From: Acidobacteriota bacterium
GTDB taxonomy: Bacteria; Acidobacteriota; CAIWXX01
Direction of reading: 5' to 3'
NCBI GenBank assembly: GCA_040755995.1
Contig: JBFMAF010000016.1
Location: forward strand, 1-64,000
DNA: 64,000 nt
In this document: one piece after another, positions 29,341-39,523 of the stretch
How the letters are laid out: each line of letters opens with the position of its first letter
Numbering within the stretch: the stretch's first letter is position 1
Program-made: the position numbers and the translations under genes
Notes under the pieces: generated by a model
Databases searched by the model: none
Seen by the model: the letters and a program-made list of their open reading frames with translations, nothing else
What the model was told of the DNA's origin: nothing

Positions 29341-32300
29341 ATGAACATCTCGGCGCTCTTCATTCGGCGGCCCGTCATGACTACTCTAGTCATGCTGGGA
29401 ATCCTCCTCTTCGGGATCATGGCCTATCGGCTGCTCCCGGTGAGCGACCTGCCGAACGTGGATTTCCCGACCATCCAGGTTTCGGCCGGCCTGCCCGGCG
29501 CAAGCCCGGAGACGATGGCGGCGGCGGTGGCGACAACGCTGGAGAAGCAGTTCTCGACGATCGCCGGGCTCGACAACATGAGCTCCTCCAGCGCCCTCGG
29601 TTCCACATCAATCACACTTCAGTTCAGCCTGGAACGGGACATCGACGCGGCCGCACAGGACGTGCAAGCCGCAATCGCGGCCGCAACCCGCTCGCTCCCA
29701 CCCGACATGCCCAGCCCCCCCTCATATCAAAAGGTAAATCCAGCCGACTCGCCGATACTCTACATCGCGCTCACTTCGTCGACACTCCCGCTCTCCACAC
29801 TCAACGAATACGGCGAGACCGTGATGGCACAGAAGATCTCCACGGTGAGCGGCGTGGCACAGGTGCTGGTCTACGGCGCCCAGAAGTACGCGGTTCGCGT
29901 CCAACTCGATCCGCAGGCGCTGGCGTCTCGGGGCATAGGCATCGACGAGGCGGCCGCTGCGGTGCGGCGGCAGAACGTGAATCTTCCTACGGGTACGCTC
30001 TACGGGCAGTTCCAGGCCTTCACAGTCGAGGCCAATGGGCAGCTCACCGAGGCCTCGGCCTACAGGCCGATCATCGTGGCCTACCGGAACGGGTCGCCCG
30101 TGCGGCTCCAGGAAATCGGACGGGTCCTCGACAGCGTAGAGAACGACAAGGTGGCGGCCTGGTACGTCGACGAGCGCGCAATCGTCCTTGCGATTCAGAG
30201 GCAGCCCGGCACCAACACCGTTAAGGTCGCAGGCGCAGTCCGCGCACTGCTGCCGACCTTCCGCGCCCAGATTCCCGCCTCCGTGTCCATGCACATCCTC
30301 TACGACCGGTCCGATTCCATTCGCGCTTCGGTCGAGGACGTCAAGTTCACGCTGTTCCTGACACTTTGCCTCGTCGTCCTGGTGATCTTCCTCTTTCTTC
30401 GCAATCTGTCCGCCACGTTGATCCCCAGCCTCGCGCTCCCGATGTCGATCGTCGGGACGTTCGCCGTCATGTACCAGCTCGGCTACAGCCTCGACAATCT
30501 CTCGCTCATGGCTCTCACCCTCTCGGTGGGATTCGTCGTCGACGACGCAATCGTCATGCTGGAGAACATCGTACGGCATATGGAGAAAGGGGAGAAGTTC
30601 TTCGAGGCGGCGCTGAAGGGCTCAAAGGAGATCGGCTTCACGATCCTCTCCATGACGCTATCGCTGGCGGCAGTCTTCATCCCCGTGCTCTTCATGGGCG
30701 GCATCCTGGGCAGGCTCTTTCACGAGTTCGCGGTGACGATCGGTGTCGCGGTGCTGGTTTCGGGCTTCGTCTCGCTGTCGCTCACCCCGATGCTCTGCAG
30801 CCGGTTTCTGCGGCCGCCGGGCGAGGCCCATCACGGGCGGGCCTACGCCTGGTCCGAGCGCTACTTCGAAGGCGTGATCAACACATACAAGTACGGCTTG
30901 AGGTGGACCCTGCGGCACCGCCGTTTCACCATGCTCTACTCCGCCGCCATACTCATCGGTACGGTCTTCCTCTTCAGGCTCGTCCCCAAGGGGTTCATAC
31001 CGAGCGAGGACACTGGGCAGCTGTTCGCGCAGACCGAGGCGGCCCAGGGAATCTCGTATCTGGACATGGTGCGGCATCAGCAGACCGCAGCGGCAATCGT
31101 CAAGCAAGATCCGAACATCGAGGGATTCATGTCGAGCGCCGGCGCGCGCGGCGCCATGGGGGGCAGCAACTCGGGCATGCTGTTCATCCGCCTGAAGAAC
31201 CGGTCGCTGAGGAAGCTGCACGCCGACGAAATCATCGAAGAACTTCGCCCGAAGCTCGCGGTTGTCCCGGGCTTGCGCGTCTACATCCAGAACCCGCCTC
31301 TGATCCGCATCGGAGGGCGCATGACGCGGGCCCTCTACCAGTATACCCTGCAGAGCCCCGATACCGACGAGCTGTATGCATACGCGCCGGTTCTGGAGGA
31401 GAAGGTGCGGACGCTGCCTGGATTCCAGGATGTGTCCAGCGACCTGCAGATCAAGAACCCGCAGGTGAATGTCGATATCGACCGCGACCAGGCCGCCGCA
31501 CTCGGCGTGACACCCGGACAGATCGAGGACGGGCTCTACTATGCTTACGGGAGCCGCCAGATCTCGACCATCTTCGCTCCGAACAACCAGTACCGCGTGA
31601 TCATGGAGCTGGAGCCTGAGCACCAGACCGATCCGTCCGCGCTCTCACTGCTCTACATCCGATCCTCCAACGGCAGCCTCGTGCCGTTGAATGCGGTGGC
31701 GAACCTGACCCGGAGCCTCGGGCCGCTCACCGTGAACCATACGGGCCAGCTGCCGTCTGTCACGATCTCGTTCAACCTGAAGCCCGGGATGTCTCTCGGC
31801 GATGCGGTCGACGCAGTCGACAGAGTCGCGCGAGCGAGCCTGCCTGCCAGCATCAATACCAGCTTCCAGGGCACAGCTCAGGCCTTCCAGGCCTCCATGC
31901 AGGGCCTCGGACTGCTCCTGATCATGTCCATCCTCGTCATCTACATGGTGCTCGGCATACTCTACGAGAGCTTCATCCACCCGCTGACGATCCTCTCCGC
32001 CCTCCCCTTCGCCGGCTTCGGCGCGCTGCTGACGCTGCTCGTATTCCGGACCGACCTTTCGATCTACGCGTTCGTCGGCGTCATCATGCTCGTCGGACTG
32101 GTCAAGAAGAACGGCATCATCATGATCGACTTCGCGATCGAAGCGCAGCGAACCAGGGGCCTGGCGCCCGTCGATGCCATCTACGACGCGTGCGTCGTGC
32201 GCTTCCGCCCGATCATGATGACCACCATGGCGGCCCTGATGGGCACGCTCCCGATCGCCATGGGCTTCGGCGCCGGCGCCGAGAGCCGGCAGCCGCTCGG

Positions 32301-32493
32301 CCTTGCCGTAGTCGGAGGACTGCTCTTCAGCCAGTTCCTCACGCTGTTCGTGACACCGGTCTTCTATCTCTACATGGAGTCCTTCCGCAACAGACTGCAC
32401 CGCTGGTCTTCCCGTGGCAAGCCGGAGCCGGAGATCGAGGAGCGGGAGCGGTCGCGGGAAGAAGAGCTCCAGGCGGCATCGCGACGGAACTGA
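29341..32493 (+). CDS. RND efflux transporter permease (AcrB/MdtB-C family)
   Basis: FIRRPVMT; LPVSDLPNVDFPTIQV; GFVVDDAIVMLENI; VKKNGI; RFRPIMMTT. Confidence 0.95.
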   Translation: MNISALFIRRPVMTTLVMLGILLFGIMAYRLLPVSDLPNVDFPTIQVSAGLPGASPETMAAAVATTLEKQFSTIAGLDNMSSSSALGSTSITLQFSLERDIDAAAQDVQAAIAAATRSLPPDMPSPPSYQKVNPADSPILYIALTSSTLPLSTLNEYGETVMAQKISTVSGVAQVLVYGAQKYAVRVQLDPQALASRGIGIDEAAAAVRRQNVNLPTGTLYGQFQAFTVEANGQLTEASAYRPIIVAYRNGSPVRLQEIGRVLDSVENDKVAAWYVDERAIVLAIQRQPGTNTVKVAGAVRALLPTFRAQIPASVSMHILYDRSDSIRASVEDVKFTLFLTLCLVVLVIFLFLRNLSATLIPSLALPMSIVGTFAVMYQLGYSLDNLSLMALTLSVGFVVDDAIVMLENIVRHMEKGEKFFEAALKGSKEIGFTILSMTLSLAAVFIPVLFMGGILGRLFHEFAVTIGVAVLVSGFVSLSLTPMLCSRFLRPPGEAHHGRAYAWSERYFEGVINTYKYGLRWTLRHRRFTMLYSAAILIGTVFLFRLVPKGFIPSEDTGQLFAQTEAAQGISYLDMVRHQQTAAAIVKQDPNIEGFMSSAGARGAMGGSNSGMLFIRLKNRSLRKLHADEIIEELRPKLAVVPGLRVYIQNPPLIRIGGRMTRALYQYTLQSPDTDELYAYAPVLEEKVRTLPGFQDVSSDLQIKNPQVNVDIDRDQAAALGVTPGQIEDGLYYAYGSRQISTIFAPNNQYRVIMELEPEHQTDPSALSLLYIRSSNGSLVPLNAVANLTRSLGPLTVNHTGQLPSVTISFNLKPGMSLGDAVDAVDRVARASLPASINTSFQGTAQAFQASMQGLGLLLIMSILVIYMVLGILYESFIHPLTILSALPFAGFGALLTLLVFRTDLSIYAFVGVIMLVGLVKKNGIIMIDFAIEAQRTRGLAPVDAIYDACVVRFRPIMMTTMAALMGTLPIAMGFGAGAESRQPLGLAVVGGLLFSQFLTLFVTPVFYLYMESFRNRLHRWSSRGKPEPEIEERERSREEELQAASRRN

Positions 32494-32705
32494 GCGGTCC
32501 GCGTGCGGCGGATCCGTTCACACCGGAGCCCGCGCCGACCAGGTCAAGGACGATGCCGCCGCTCCGCGGAAGCCGATCGATTCCGCCGCGGCCCCGGAGC
32601 GGTTCGGCTCCTTGCCCAGGCGGCTGCTGACGCCGATGGCGCCGATGGCGGGGTCGCCTCGTCATGGCCCTCCGATTCATGTATGATCGATCTCGATGGT
32701 TTCAC

Positions 32706-32939
32706 ATGACAGCCATACGGGTCGTCTTCGACGAGCAGCTTCTTGCGTTGCTCGACCGTGATCCTGCGGTGCAACGCGATGGGCGATCCGCTGTGCTGCG
32801 CCGGGCGGCGGCCGAGTACCTTCGCCTCAGCCGCGCACGGCGGGTGGACAGGGAATACGAGAGGGCCTATCGAGATGCCTCTGGCGTAGCACCGGAGTTC
32901 GCGGGATGGGAGGACGAGAGTTCATGGCCGGGGAACTGA
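32706..32939 (+). CDS. ribbon-helix-helix (CopG-like) antitoxin, no toxin downstream
   Basis: IRVVFDEQLLALLD...RSAVLRRAAAEYL and an acidic tail EFAGWEDESSWP. Confidence 0.7.
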   Translation: MTAIRVVFDEQLLALLDRDPAVQRDGRSAVLRRAAAEYLRLSRARRVDREYERAYRDASGVAPEFAGWEDESSWPGN

Positions 32940-35650
32940 ATAGCGCTGTTCCACTCATCGCCCTCTGCCTGCTAATGACGCCGGGTCTCTCTCGCTCTCA
33001 GAACCTCGTGACCAATGGCGGGTTCGAGAACGGAACCACAGGATGGGAGGGCGGCCTCATCGACAAGACCAGCCCGCACTCAGGGAAGGCCTGCCTGCGC
33101 GTGGACGACGACAGCCCCCGTGAGGACATCGCGGCCTACACACCCGGCATCATCCCGGTCACGCACGGGCGCGCATATCTGTTCGAGGTCTGGTGTCGCT
33201 GCCCCCAGGACGATCAGGAGCTGCTGGTCTCGCTCAACCAGTACGACGGGAGTGGCGACTGGATCAGCGGCAACAACCAGGACTTCGTGGTCGTGCCTGG
33301 CACGACCTGGAAACGGTTCCGCATTGCAGTCCGCGCATTCCACCCGGACACCGCCGGCCTGGCCATCTTCCTCAGGCCGGTCCTCTGGACCGAGTCGGGC
33401 GATCTGACGGGAACGGCCTGGTTCGACGATGTGCGATTCACGGAGCAGGCGATCGAGGCGGAGGTCCGCGGGGTCTGGATCAAGAAAGACGGGGGCGTCG
33501 CAGCGTGGCTTTCGCCGGTCGAGCAGAAGGTGCGGCGCGATGCCGTGCTGGACCCGTCCGCCGGTGCCCGGAAAGAAATCGCAATTGCAGCGGCCGCCGG
33601 AGAATTCGAGCCCTTCCAGCTGGTGCTTGCCCCCCGATCGAAGGACGAGGTGATCGAGGTCTCGCCGGGCGATCTGCGCGGGCCCGGGGGTGCTGTGGTC
33701 GCCGGCTCGGAACTGAAAGTCCACGAGGTCGCCTACGTTAGCGTCACCCAGCCGACCGACGTCGCATCCCTCACCGGCTGGACCCCGGACCCGCTACCTC
33801 TGTTCCGCGCGCCGTTGCCGCTCACTCCAGGCGCGCAGCAGCCGCTATGGTTCGACGTCCACGTGCCCTCCGCAGCGACGCCGGGCGAGTATCGCGGGAC
33901 CGTGCTCATACGATTCAGGTCGGGTGCGCGCGTCGTTATCCCTGTCCGCCTGCGCGTATGGGACTTCGACATGCCGCGTGAGCGGCATCTGCGCACGGCC
34001 TACGGGCTCTGGCTCGATCTGATAGACCGCTACCATCACCTGGGGAACAGCGTTGACAAGCGCCGGCGGACCCTCAGGCTCTATCTCCGCGACTTCGCCG
34101 ATCACCGGATCAGTACTTACAACCCGTTCGGCGACGACGGGTTCGAGGTGTCGGTGCCCGGCTGGAACTGGATGGACGGGAAGATCGTCCCCGATCCGGA
34201 CGCGCCCGGGTTGGGAAACTGCGTTCTCGAGGTGAATGACGATGACTCGGAGGTCGCGGTATCGGTCCGATCCGAGATCGCTGTCGCGGTTCGGCACGGC
34301 GTCGGCTACGCGCTCCGCTGGCGGGCGCACACCGACGGTGCTCACGATTACCTCGTCTCGGTCAACCAGTACGACTGGAAGAAGCGCTGGATACCCGGCC
34401 ACAACATCGACTTCCAGAGGACAGGAGCGGGAGAATGGCAGTCGGGCTCGGCCGAGGTCTCCGCCGGCGAGATCACACGATCGACGGCATTCCTGCGTAT
34501 TCACCTCTACGCGCGCCGCTGGACCGAGGAAGGAGAGCTTACGGGACGCACCTGGTTCGATGACGTTGCGATGGTCGAAAGCGGCACCACTGCCAATCTC
34601 GTCGCAAACGGCGACTTCCAGCTCACGCCCGAGCAGGCCGAGATCCGCGTCGATTTCTCGCGATTCGACCAGGCGGCGGAGTACGCGCTCGACGAGCTGG
34701 GTTCCGACTCATTCATGCTAGATCTGCCTCACTTCGCCTCCGGCTGGCTCGGCGAATACTACCTCCCGCGATTCCTCGGTTACGACTGGGGGACGGCGGA
34801 GTACGAGGCGGCGTTCGGCCGCATGCTCAGGATCATCACCGACCACCTGGCGGCCCGCGGCTGGCTTGACCGCGCCTACACATACTGGTACGACGAGCCA
34901 GAGCCGGAAACGTACCCGGTCGTAGTGGAAGGGATGCAGATCCTGCATCGTGCCGAACCAAGGCTGCAACGGCTGCTGACCGAGCAGTTTGAGCCAAAGC
35001 TCGCCGGTCACGTCGACATATGGTCGCCGGTCCTCGACTTGTTCAGACGGGATTGGGCGCAAGAGCGGCAGGCAGCGGGCGAAGAAGTCTGGTGGTACGT
35101 TTGCACCGGGCCGAAGGCACCGTACCCCAACGACTTCATCGACCACCCGGGCATAGAACACCGCATCCGGTACTGGATGGCCTGGCACTACAAGGTGCAG
35201 GGAGACCTGTTCTGGCAGACCAACTACTGGACGTGCGACGAGGTCTTCCCTCGATCGAAACCGCAGGATCCGTGGATCGATCCCCAGAGCTACAACTCGG
35301 ATGGCGTGTGGGGAAACGGGGACGGGCGCCTTCTCTATCCTCCGCGCAACTGGAAGGATGGGAAGGAACGAATCGAGGGTCCGACGCCGTCGATCCGATG
35401 GGAGCTCATACGCGAAGGGATCGAGGACTACGAGTACTTCTGGCTGCTCAAGGATTGCGCCGACCGCCTCGAACGACTCCACAAAGCACCCGGTATCGTC
35501 CGCCGCGCACGCGACTTGGCCGCGATCCCCTCGAGTGTGTTCAAGTCAACAACTGAGTACACGGACGACCCCGTCCTTCTGCACACCTATCGCCAGTCTG
35601 TGGCCGAGACAATCGAGGACGCAATCCGCGCCATGGGTGCCGGGCGATAG
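32924..35650 (+). CDS. secreted DUF4091/GH123-like glycoside hydrolase with two CBM4/9-like domains
   Basis: NLVTNGGFE; GEFEPFQL; WTPDPL; YDEPE; VWWYVC; GDGRLLYP; PSIRWELIREGIEDYEY. Confidence 0.8.
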   Translation: MAGELNSAVPLIALCLLMTPGLSRSQNLVTNGGFENGTTGWEGGLIDKTSPHSGKACLRVDDDSPREDIAAYTPGIIPVTHGRAYLFEVWCRCPQDDQELLVSLNQYDGSGDWISGNNQDFVVVPGTTWKRFRIAVRAFHPDTAGLAIFLRPVLWTESGDLTGTAWFDDVRFTEQAIEAEVRGVWIKKDGGVAAWLSPVEQKVRRDAVLDPSAGARKEIAIAAAAGEFEPFQLVLAPRSKDEVIEVSPGDLRGPGGAVVAGSELKVHEVAYVSVTQPTDVASLTGWTPDPLPLFRAPLPLTPGAQQPLWFDVHVPSAATPGEYRGTVLIRFRSGARVVIPVRLRVWDFDMPRERHLRTAYGLWLDLIDRYHHLGNSVDKRRRTLRLYLRDFADHRISTYNPFGDDGFEVSVPGWNWMDGKIVPDPDAPGLGNCVLEVNDDDSEVAVSVRSEIAVAVRHGVGYALRWRAHTDGAHDYLVSVNQYDWKKRWIPGHNIDFQRTGAGEWQSGSAEVSAGEITRSTAFLRIHLYARRWTEEGELTGRTWFDDVAMVESGTTANLVANGDFQLTPEQAEIRVDFSRFDQAAEYALDELGSDSFMLDLPHFASGWLGEYYLPRFLGYDWGTAEYEAAFGRMLRIITDHLAARGWLDRAYTYWYDEPEPETYPVVVEGMQILHRAEPRLQRLLTEQFEPKLAGHVDIWSPVLDLFRRDWAQERQAAGEEVWWYVCTGPKAPYPNDFIDHPGIEHRIRYWMAWHYKVQGDLFWQTNYWTCDEVFPRSKPQDPWIDPQSYNSDGVWGNGDGRLLYPPRNWKDGKERIEGPTPSIRWELIREGIEDYEYFWLLKDCADRLERLHKAPGIVRRARDLAAIPSSVFKSTTEYTDDPVLLHTYRQSVAETIEDAIRAMGAGR

Positions 35651-35702
35651 CTCACACCAGCGGTGGTTGCTGCTGCGGCCGCTGGTGCACGCTCACGGAA
35701 GT

Positions 35703-35746
35703 CACTTTCTACCCTCCACTCTCTACTCTCTACGCGAGGCGCGGCC
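35703..35746. repeat. intergenic heptamer-based repeat, copy A
   Basis: CACTTTCTACCCTCCACTCTCTACTCTCTACGCGAGGCGCGGCC; inverted match at 37397-37433 and partial copy at 42180-42209. Confidence 0.65.
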
Positions 35747-35833
35747 GAGGGCGCGCGCCTGCGCCTCGTCCACGTTTGACCCTCCGTAAGCGCTATGCTA
35801 CGCTTCCGATATTGTTTTTCGAGGAGGCCTGAC

Positions 35834-37387
35834 GTGTCGGACGGTGAATTCAAGGTAAGCAAGGTCAAGCTCGTGATCGTGCTGCTCGTGCTCGCCGCGA
35901 GCGGCTACGCGATCTATGTTCGGTACGTGGAGCCGCGTCTCAAGACGAAGGAAGGCCTGACCAAGATCCTCAAGACCTCGAAGTTCTCCGAGGCCGAGAC
36001 GCTGAGAGTGGCGCACAACGTCTGGTCCGGTTACAACATCAACTTCCTGATCAAGGCGCTGGGGTACGATCAGCAGGCCGGCTTCAACCTGGACGTTCAA
36101 ATCGAGAACGACCCCGACAAGGCGTACGCGATGCTGGAGGACGGCGAGATCGACGTGAACGGGACCACCATCGACATGTTTGTCGGGCAGGCCGGCAAGC
36201 GCGATCCCGGCGTGTTGCTGTTCAAGGTCGACGACTCCGACGGCGGCGACGCCCTCGTGGTCAATCGGGAAAAGATAAAAACGTTGAACGACCTCATCGG
36301 AAAGAAGGTCTCCTACGAGGAGGGTTCTCCGTCGCAGTACTTCCTGTTGTACCTGCTCCATATCGGAGGCCTCTCCGGGCGCGACATAGAGCCAAAGACC
36401 ATGCCGGTGCCGGAGGCATTCGAGAAGTTCAAGAGCCGCGACGTTGACGCGATCGTCACCTATGAGCCCTACGCTTCCCAGGCGGCAGGACTCCCCTTCG
36501 GCTACAAGCTCCTCACCACGAAAGACGCCAAGAACCTGATCATGGACATCAACTGCGCGAGCCGCAAAGCGATCCTGGACAAGCCCGACATGCTCAAGAA
36601 ATATACGGACGCCTGGTTCCGGGCCTTACGGTACATGCAGGCCAATCCGCGTGAAGCGTACGCCAAGATGGGCGAGCAGGGAGTGCAGGAGTCGCCCGAC
36701 GTCCTCGCCGAGATCTTCTCCGGGATTCACTTCACGACACTCGAAGAGAACAAGGACTGGCTGGGGCTCACTCAGGGAAAGGTCGAACAGGCCAGCCCCG
36801 TCATCAAGATCGCGGAAAAGATCTGGATGAACGAAGGTCGCCTTACGCAGCCGATCGAAGCGGCCAAGCTGGTGAATACTACGTTCGTAGAATCGATCGG
36901 CGCCGCCAAGGGAGAGGAACTGTACGCGGGGATCAAGACGACGGTCGAAAAGGAAAAGCTCGCGCCCACGGCCCCCGTGGAGAGGCCGGTCGCGCCGATG
37001 TCGTTCGATCAGGCAGAGCGCAGCGAGAAGATCGTGCAGCTGCGGGTGGACAAGATCTATTTCCCGAGCGGGAGCGCGAAGCTGGACCCGAACGCGCAGG
37101 CAATTCTGGACGGGGTCGGCGAAACGCTGCAGAACTTCCCCCACCTCTACCTGATCATCGACGGGCACACCGATGACGTGGGCGACCTGAACGGGAACCG
37201 GCGCCTGTCCCAGGCCAGGGCGGACTCGGTAGCCAACTACCTCGCCGCCAAGTTCGGCTTCGACCGCAACCGCCTGGTGCCGCGCGGCTTCGGCGAGGAC
37301 CGCCCGATCGGGGACAACGCCACAGACGAGGGCCGCGCCCGGAACCGCCGCACGGAGTTCAGGCTGGCCCGCCAGAGCGCCGGCTAG
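35834..37387 (+). CDS. membrane-anchored NMT1/SsuA-like substrate-binding protein fused to an OmpA-like peptidoglycan-binding domain
   Basis: GAGGAGG RBS then GTG; one TM; WSGY, DDSDGGDAL and TYEPY; C-terminal IYFPSGSA, IDGHTDDVG, LSQARADSV..YL, RNRRTEF. Confidence 0.88.
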   Translation: MSDGEFKVSKVKLVIVLLVLAASGYAIYVRYVEPRLKTKEGLTKILKTSKFSEAETLRVAHNVWSGYNINFLIKALGYDQQAGFNLDVQIENDPDKAYAMLEDGEIDVNGTTIDMFVGQAGKRDPGVLLFKVDDSDGGDALVVNREKIKTLNDLIGKKVSYEEGSPSQYFLLYLLHIGGLSGRDIEPKTMPVPEAFEKFKSRDVDAIVTYEPYASQAAGLPFGYKLLTTKDAKNLIMDINCASRKAILDKPDMLKKYTDAWFRALRYMQANPREAYAKMGEQGVQESPDVLAEIFSGIHFTTLEENKDWLGLTQGKVEQASPVIKIAEKIWMNEGRLTQPIEAAKLVNTTFVESIGAAKGEELYAGIKTTVEKEKLAPTAPVERPVAPMSFDQAERSEKIVQLRVDKIYFPSGSAKLDPNAQAILDGVGETLQNFPHLYLIIDGHTDDVGDLNGNRRLSQARADSVANYLAAKFGFDRNRLVPRGFGEDRPIGDNATDEGRARNRRTEFRLARQSAG

Positions 37388-37445
37388 CGAGGCGCGGCCT
37401 CGCGTAGCGAGTGGAGAGTGGAGAGTAGGGAGTGGAGAGTGGGGG
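37387..37445. repeat. GC hairpin plus GGAGAGT heptamer repeat, copy B
   Basis: GCGAGGCGCGGCCTCGC stem-loop followed by (GGAGAGT)-like units. Confidence 0.65.
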
Positions 37446-37544
37446 ACGCGGTGGGCGGACATGGGCCACTTCACCGCGTCCGCTACGAACTGGAACGGCC
37501 CTGAGGCTGAAACGAACTTTTGAACTATCGATAGGAGGAACCAA

Positions 37545-38519
37545 ATGAGAAGGAGCATGGTGGTCGTTGCCATTGCGCTCGTCGTAGCGACGGTTGTGTT
37601 CGCCCAGTCCAAGCCGGCGCTCAAGATCGCGTTCAACACTTGGGTTGGCTACGGCCCGCTGTACATCGCGCAGGACAAGGGATTCTTCGATCAGCTCGGA
37701 ATCGAGGTCCGGATGACGAGGATCGAGGATACGGCGAGCAAGGGCGCGACGCTCAAGGCCAAGCGCCTTGACGGAGTGGGCACCACCGCCGACTCGCAGG
37801 TCATCGCCGCGTCGCAGGGAATCCCGGGGATCATCTGCCTGGCGATGGATGAGTCGGCGGGCGCCGACGGGGTCATCGCCGTCAACACCGTCGCCAGCGT
37901 GAAGGATCTGAAAGGGAGATCTGTGGCGGTGCAACAGGGCTTCGTCGGACACTTCTTCCTGCTCTACCTGCTCGACGAGGCCGGACTGAGCCCGAAGGAT
38001 ATCGTCGTTCAGGACATGGAGACGGACCAGGCCGGCGCTGCCTTCGTCGCGAAGAAAGTAGATGCCGCGGTGACCTGGGAGCCATGGCTCTCCAAGACGA
38101 AGGAGCGGGCAGACGCCCATGTCGTGATAACGAGCAAGGACAAGCCCGGCTTGATCGTCGATGTCCTCGCGATGCGCGACGATGTCATCAAGAACCGCCC
38201 GGAGGACGTGAAGAAGCTGATCCAGGGCTGGTACATGGGCGTCGACTACTGGAAGAAGAACCAGGCGGATGGTAACGCGATCATCGCCAAGAATTTCGGC
38301 CTGGAGACTGGAGCTGTCGCCGAAATGCTCTCCGGCGTCAACCTCTTCGACGCCAGAGGCAACCTCGACTATTTCGGCACGGCCGCGGCTCCCGGGCAGA
38401 TCTACAAGGTGGTGGCGAAGGCCAACGAGGTCTGGCAGAAGGCCGGATTGATGAAGGTCTCGGTCGATACCAAGAAGATAGTTGACGGTTCACTCGTGAA
38501 CCAGATCGGCGCGAAGTAG
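37545..38519 (+). CDS. ABC transporter substrate-binding protein (SsuA/NMT1 family)
   Basis: Signal peptide; WVGYGPLYIAQDKGFF; DESAGADG; VDAAVTWEPWLS. Confidence 0.92.
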   Translation: MRRSMVVVAIALVVATVVFAQSKPALKIAFNTWVGYGPLYIAQDKGFFDQLGIEVRMTRIEDTASKGATLKAKRLDGVGTTADSQVIAASQGIPGIICLAMDESAGADGVIAVNTVASVKDLKGRSVAVQQGFVGHFFLLYLLDEAGLSPKDIVVQDMETDQAGAAFVAKKVDAAVTWEPWLSKTKERADAHVVITSKDKPGLIVDVLAMRDDVIKNRPEDVKKLIQGWYMGVDYWKKNQADGNAIIAKNFGLETGAVAEMLSGVNLFDARGNLDYFGTAAAPGQIYKVVAKANEVWQKAGLMKVSVDTKKIVDGSLVNQIGAK

Positions 38520-38697
38520 GCCCGGCCAGAGGAGCCTTTCGGCGGCACACGGTGGCGCGGAGAGAACCGGACGGTCGGCGCGGAACGATCTGCCTCCTCC
38601 GTTTCTCCGCGTCCCCGTCTCCCCGTGTCTCCGCGTCGGTTGCACGGTTGAAGATGGGTCCTGCCGCCTCACGCAGTAGCGCGGGCCGGGGCCTGGC

Positions 38698-39483
38698 ATG
38701 AAGATCCGCGAGCCGATCTCCCATCGGAGGTACATCGGGCTGTCGCTGGTCCCGTTCGTTCTGGTCCTGGTCCTCTGGTCTGCACTTACTTACACCGGCC
38801 TCGTTCAGCCGTTCTTCCTCCCGTCACCGACCTCGGTTCTCAGCAGTCTCTTAGACGTTGCCAGGACGGGCCAGATCTTCCGCGACATGTGGGACTCGAC
38901 CTTCCGCGTCGTCATGGCCTTCCTGATATCGGTTGTGCTGGCAGTGCCGCTCGGCATCCTGGTCGGCTGCTATCTGGTCTTCGAGGCCCTCGCCGAGCCG
39001 ATCAACAACCTGATCCGATACCTGCCCGTGGTATCGTTCATCCCGCTCTGCATACTCTGGATCGGCATCGATGACGAAGAGAAGATCGCCGTCATCTTCC
39101 TGGGGACGTTTTTCCAGCTGCTGGTGCTCGTGGCGGACTCCGCGCGTTCGGTGCCGCAGGAACTGCTGAACACCGCTTACACCCTGGGGGCGCGCCAGCA
39201 TCAGGCGATTCTCAAGGTGGTCTTGCCCGCCTGCCTGCCGCAGATTTACGACGCGCTGCGCGTTTCGATGGGCTGGGCATGGTCCTACCTCGTGGTCGCC
39301 GAGATCGTGGCGGCTACCAGCGGCGTCGGGCACTTCATAATCCAGAGCCAGCGCTTCCTCGAGACCGCCAACGTCATCGCCGGTATCCTGGTGATCGGTG
39401 TTCTGGGACTCGCCTTCGATATGTTCTTCAAGTACACTGCCCTTTGGTTCTTCCCGTGGAATGTGAAGAAAACAACTTCTTGA
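38698..39483 (+). CDS. ABC transporter permease (NitT/TauT family)
   Basis: FLPSPTSV; RYLPVVSFIPL; EAA-like TAYTLGA; GWAWSYLVVAE. Confidence 0.92.
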   Translation: MKIREPISHRRYIGLSLVPFVLVLVLWSALTYTGLVQPFFLPSPTSVLSSLLDVARTGQIFRDMWDSTFRVVMAFLISVVLAVPLGILVGCYLVFEALAEPINNLIRYLPVVSFIPLCILWIGIDDEEKIAVIFLGTFFQLLVLVADSARSVPQELLNTAYTLGARQHQAILKVVLPACLPQIYDALRVSMGWAWSYLVVAEIVAATSGVGHFIIQSQRFLETANVIAGILVIGVLGLAFDMFFKYTALWFFPWNVKKTTS

Positions 39484-39523
39484 TGATCCCACGACAGGTC
39501 CCCTGGGCAGGCGGGCACGCGAC

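Noticed and set aside
26633..32493. RND pump as a novel system
   Set aside because: Ordinary TolC-MFP-RND arrangement with canonical motifs.
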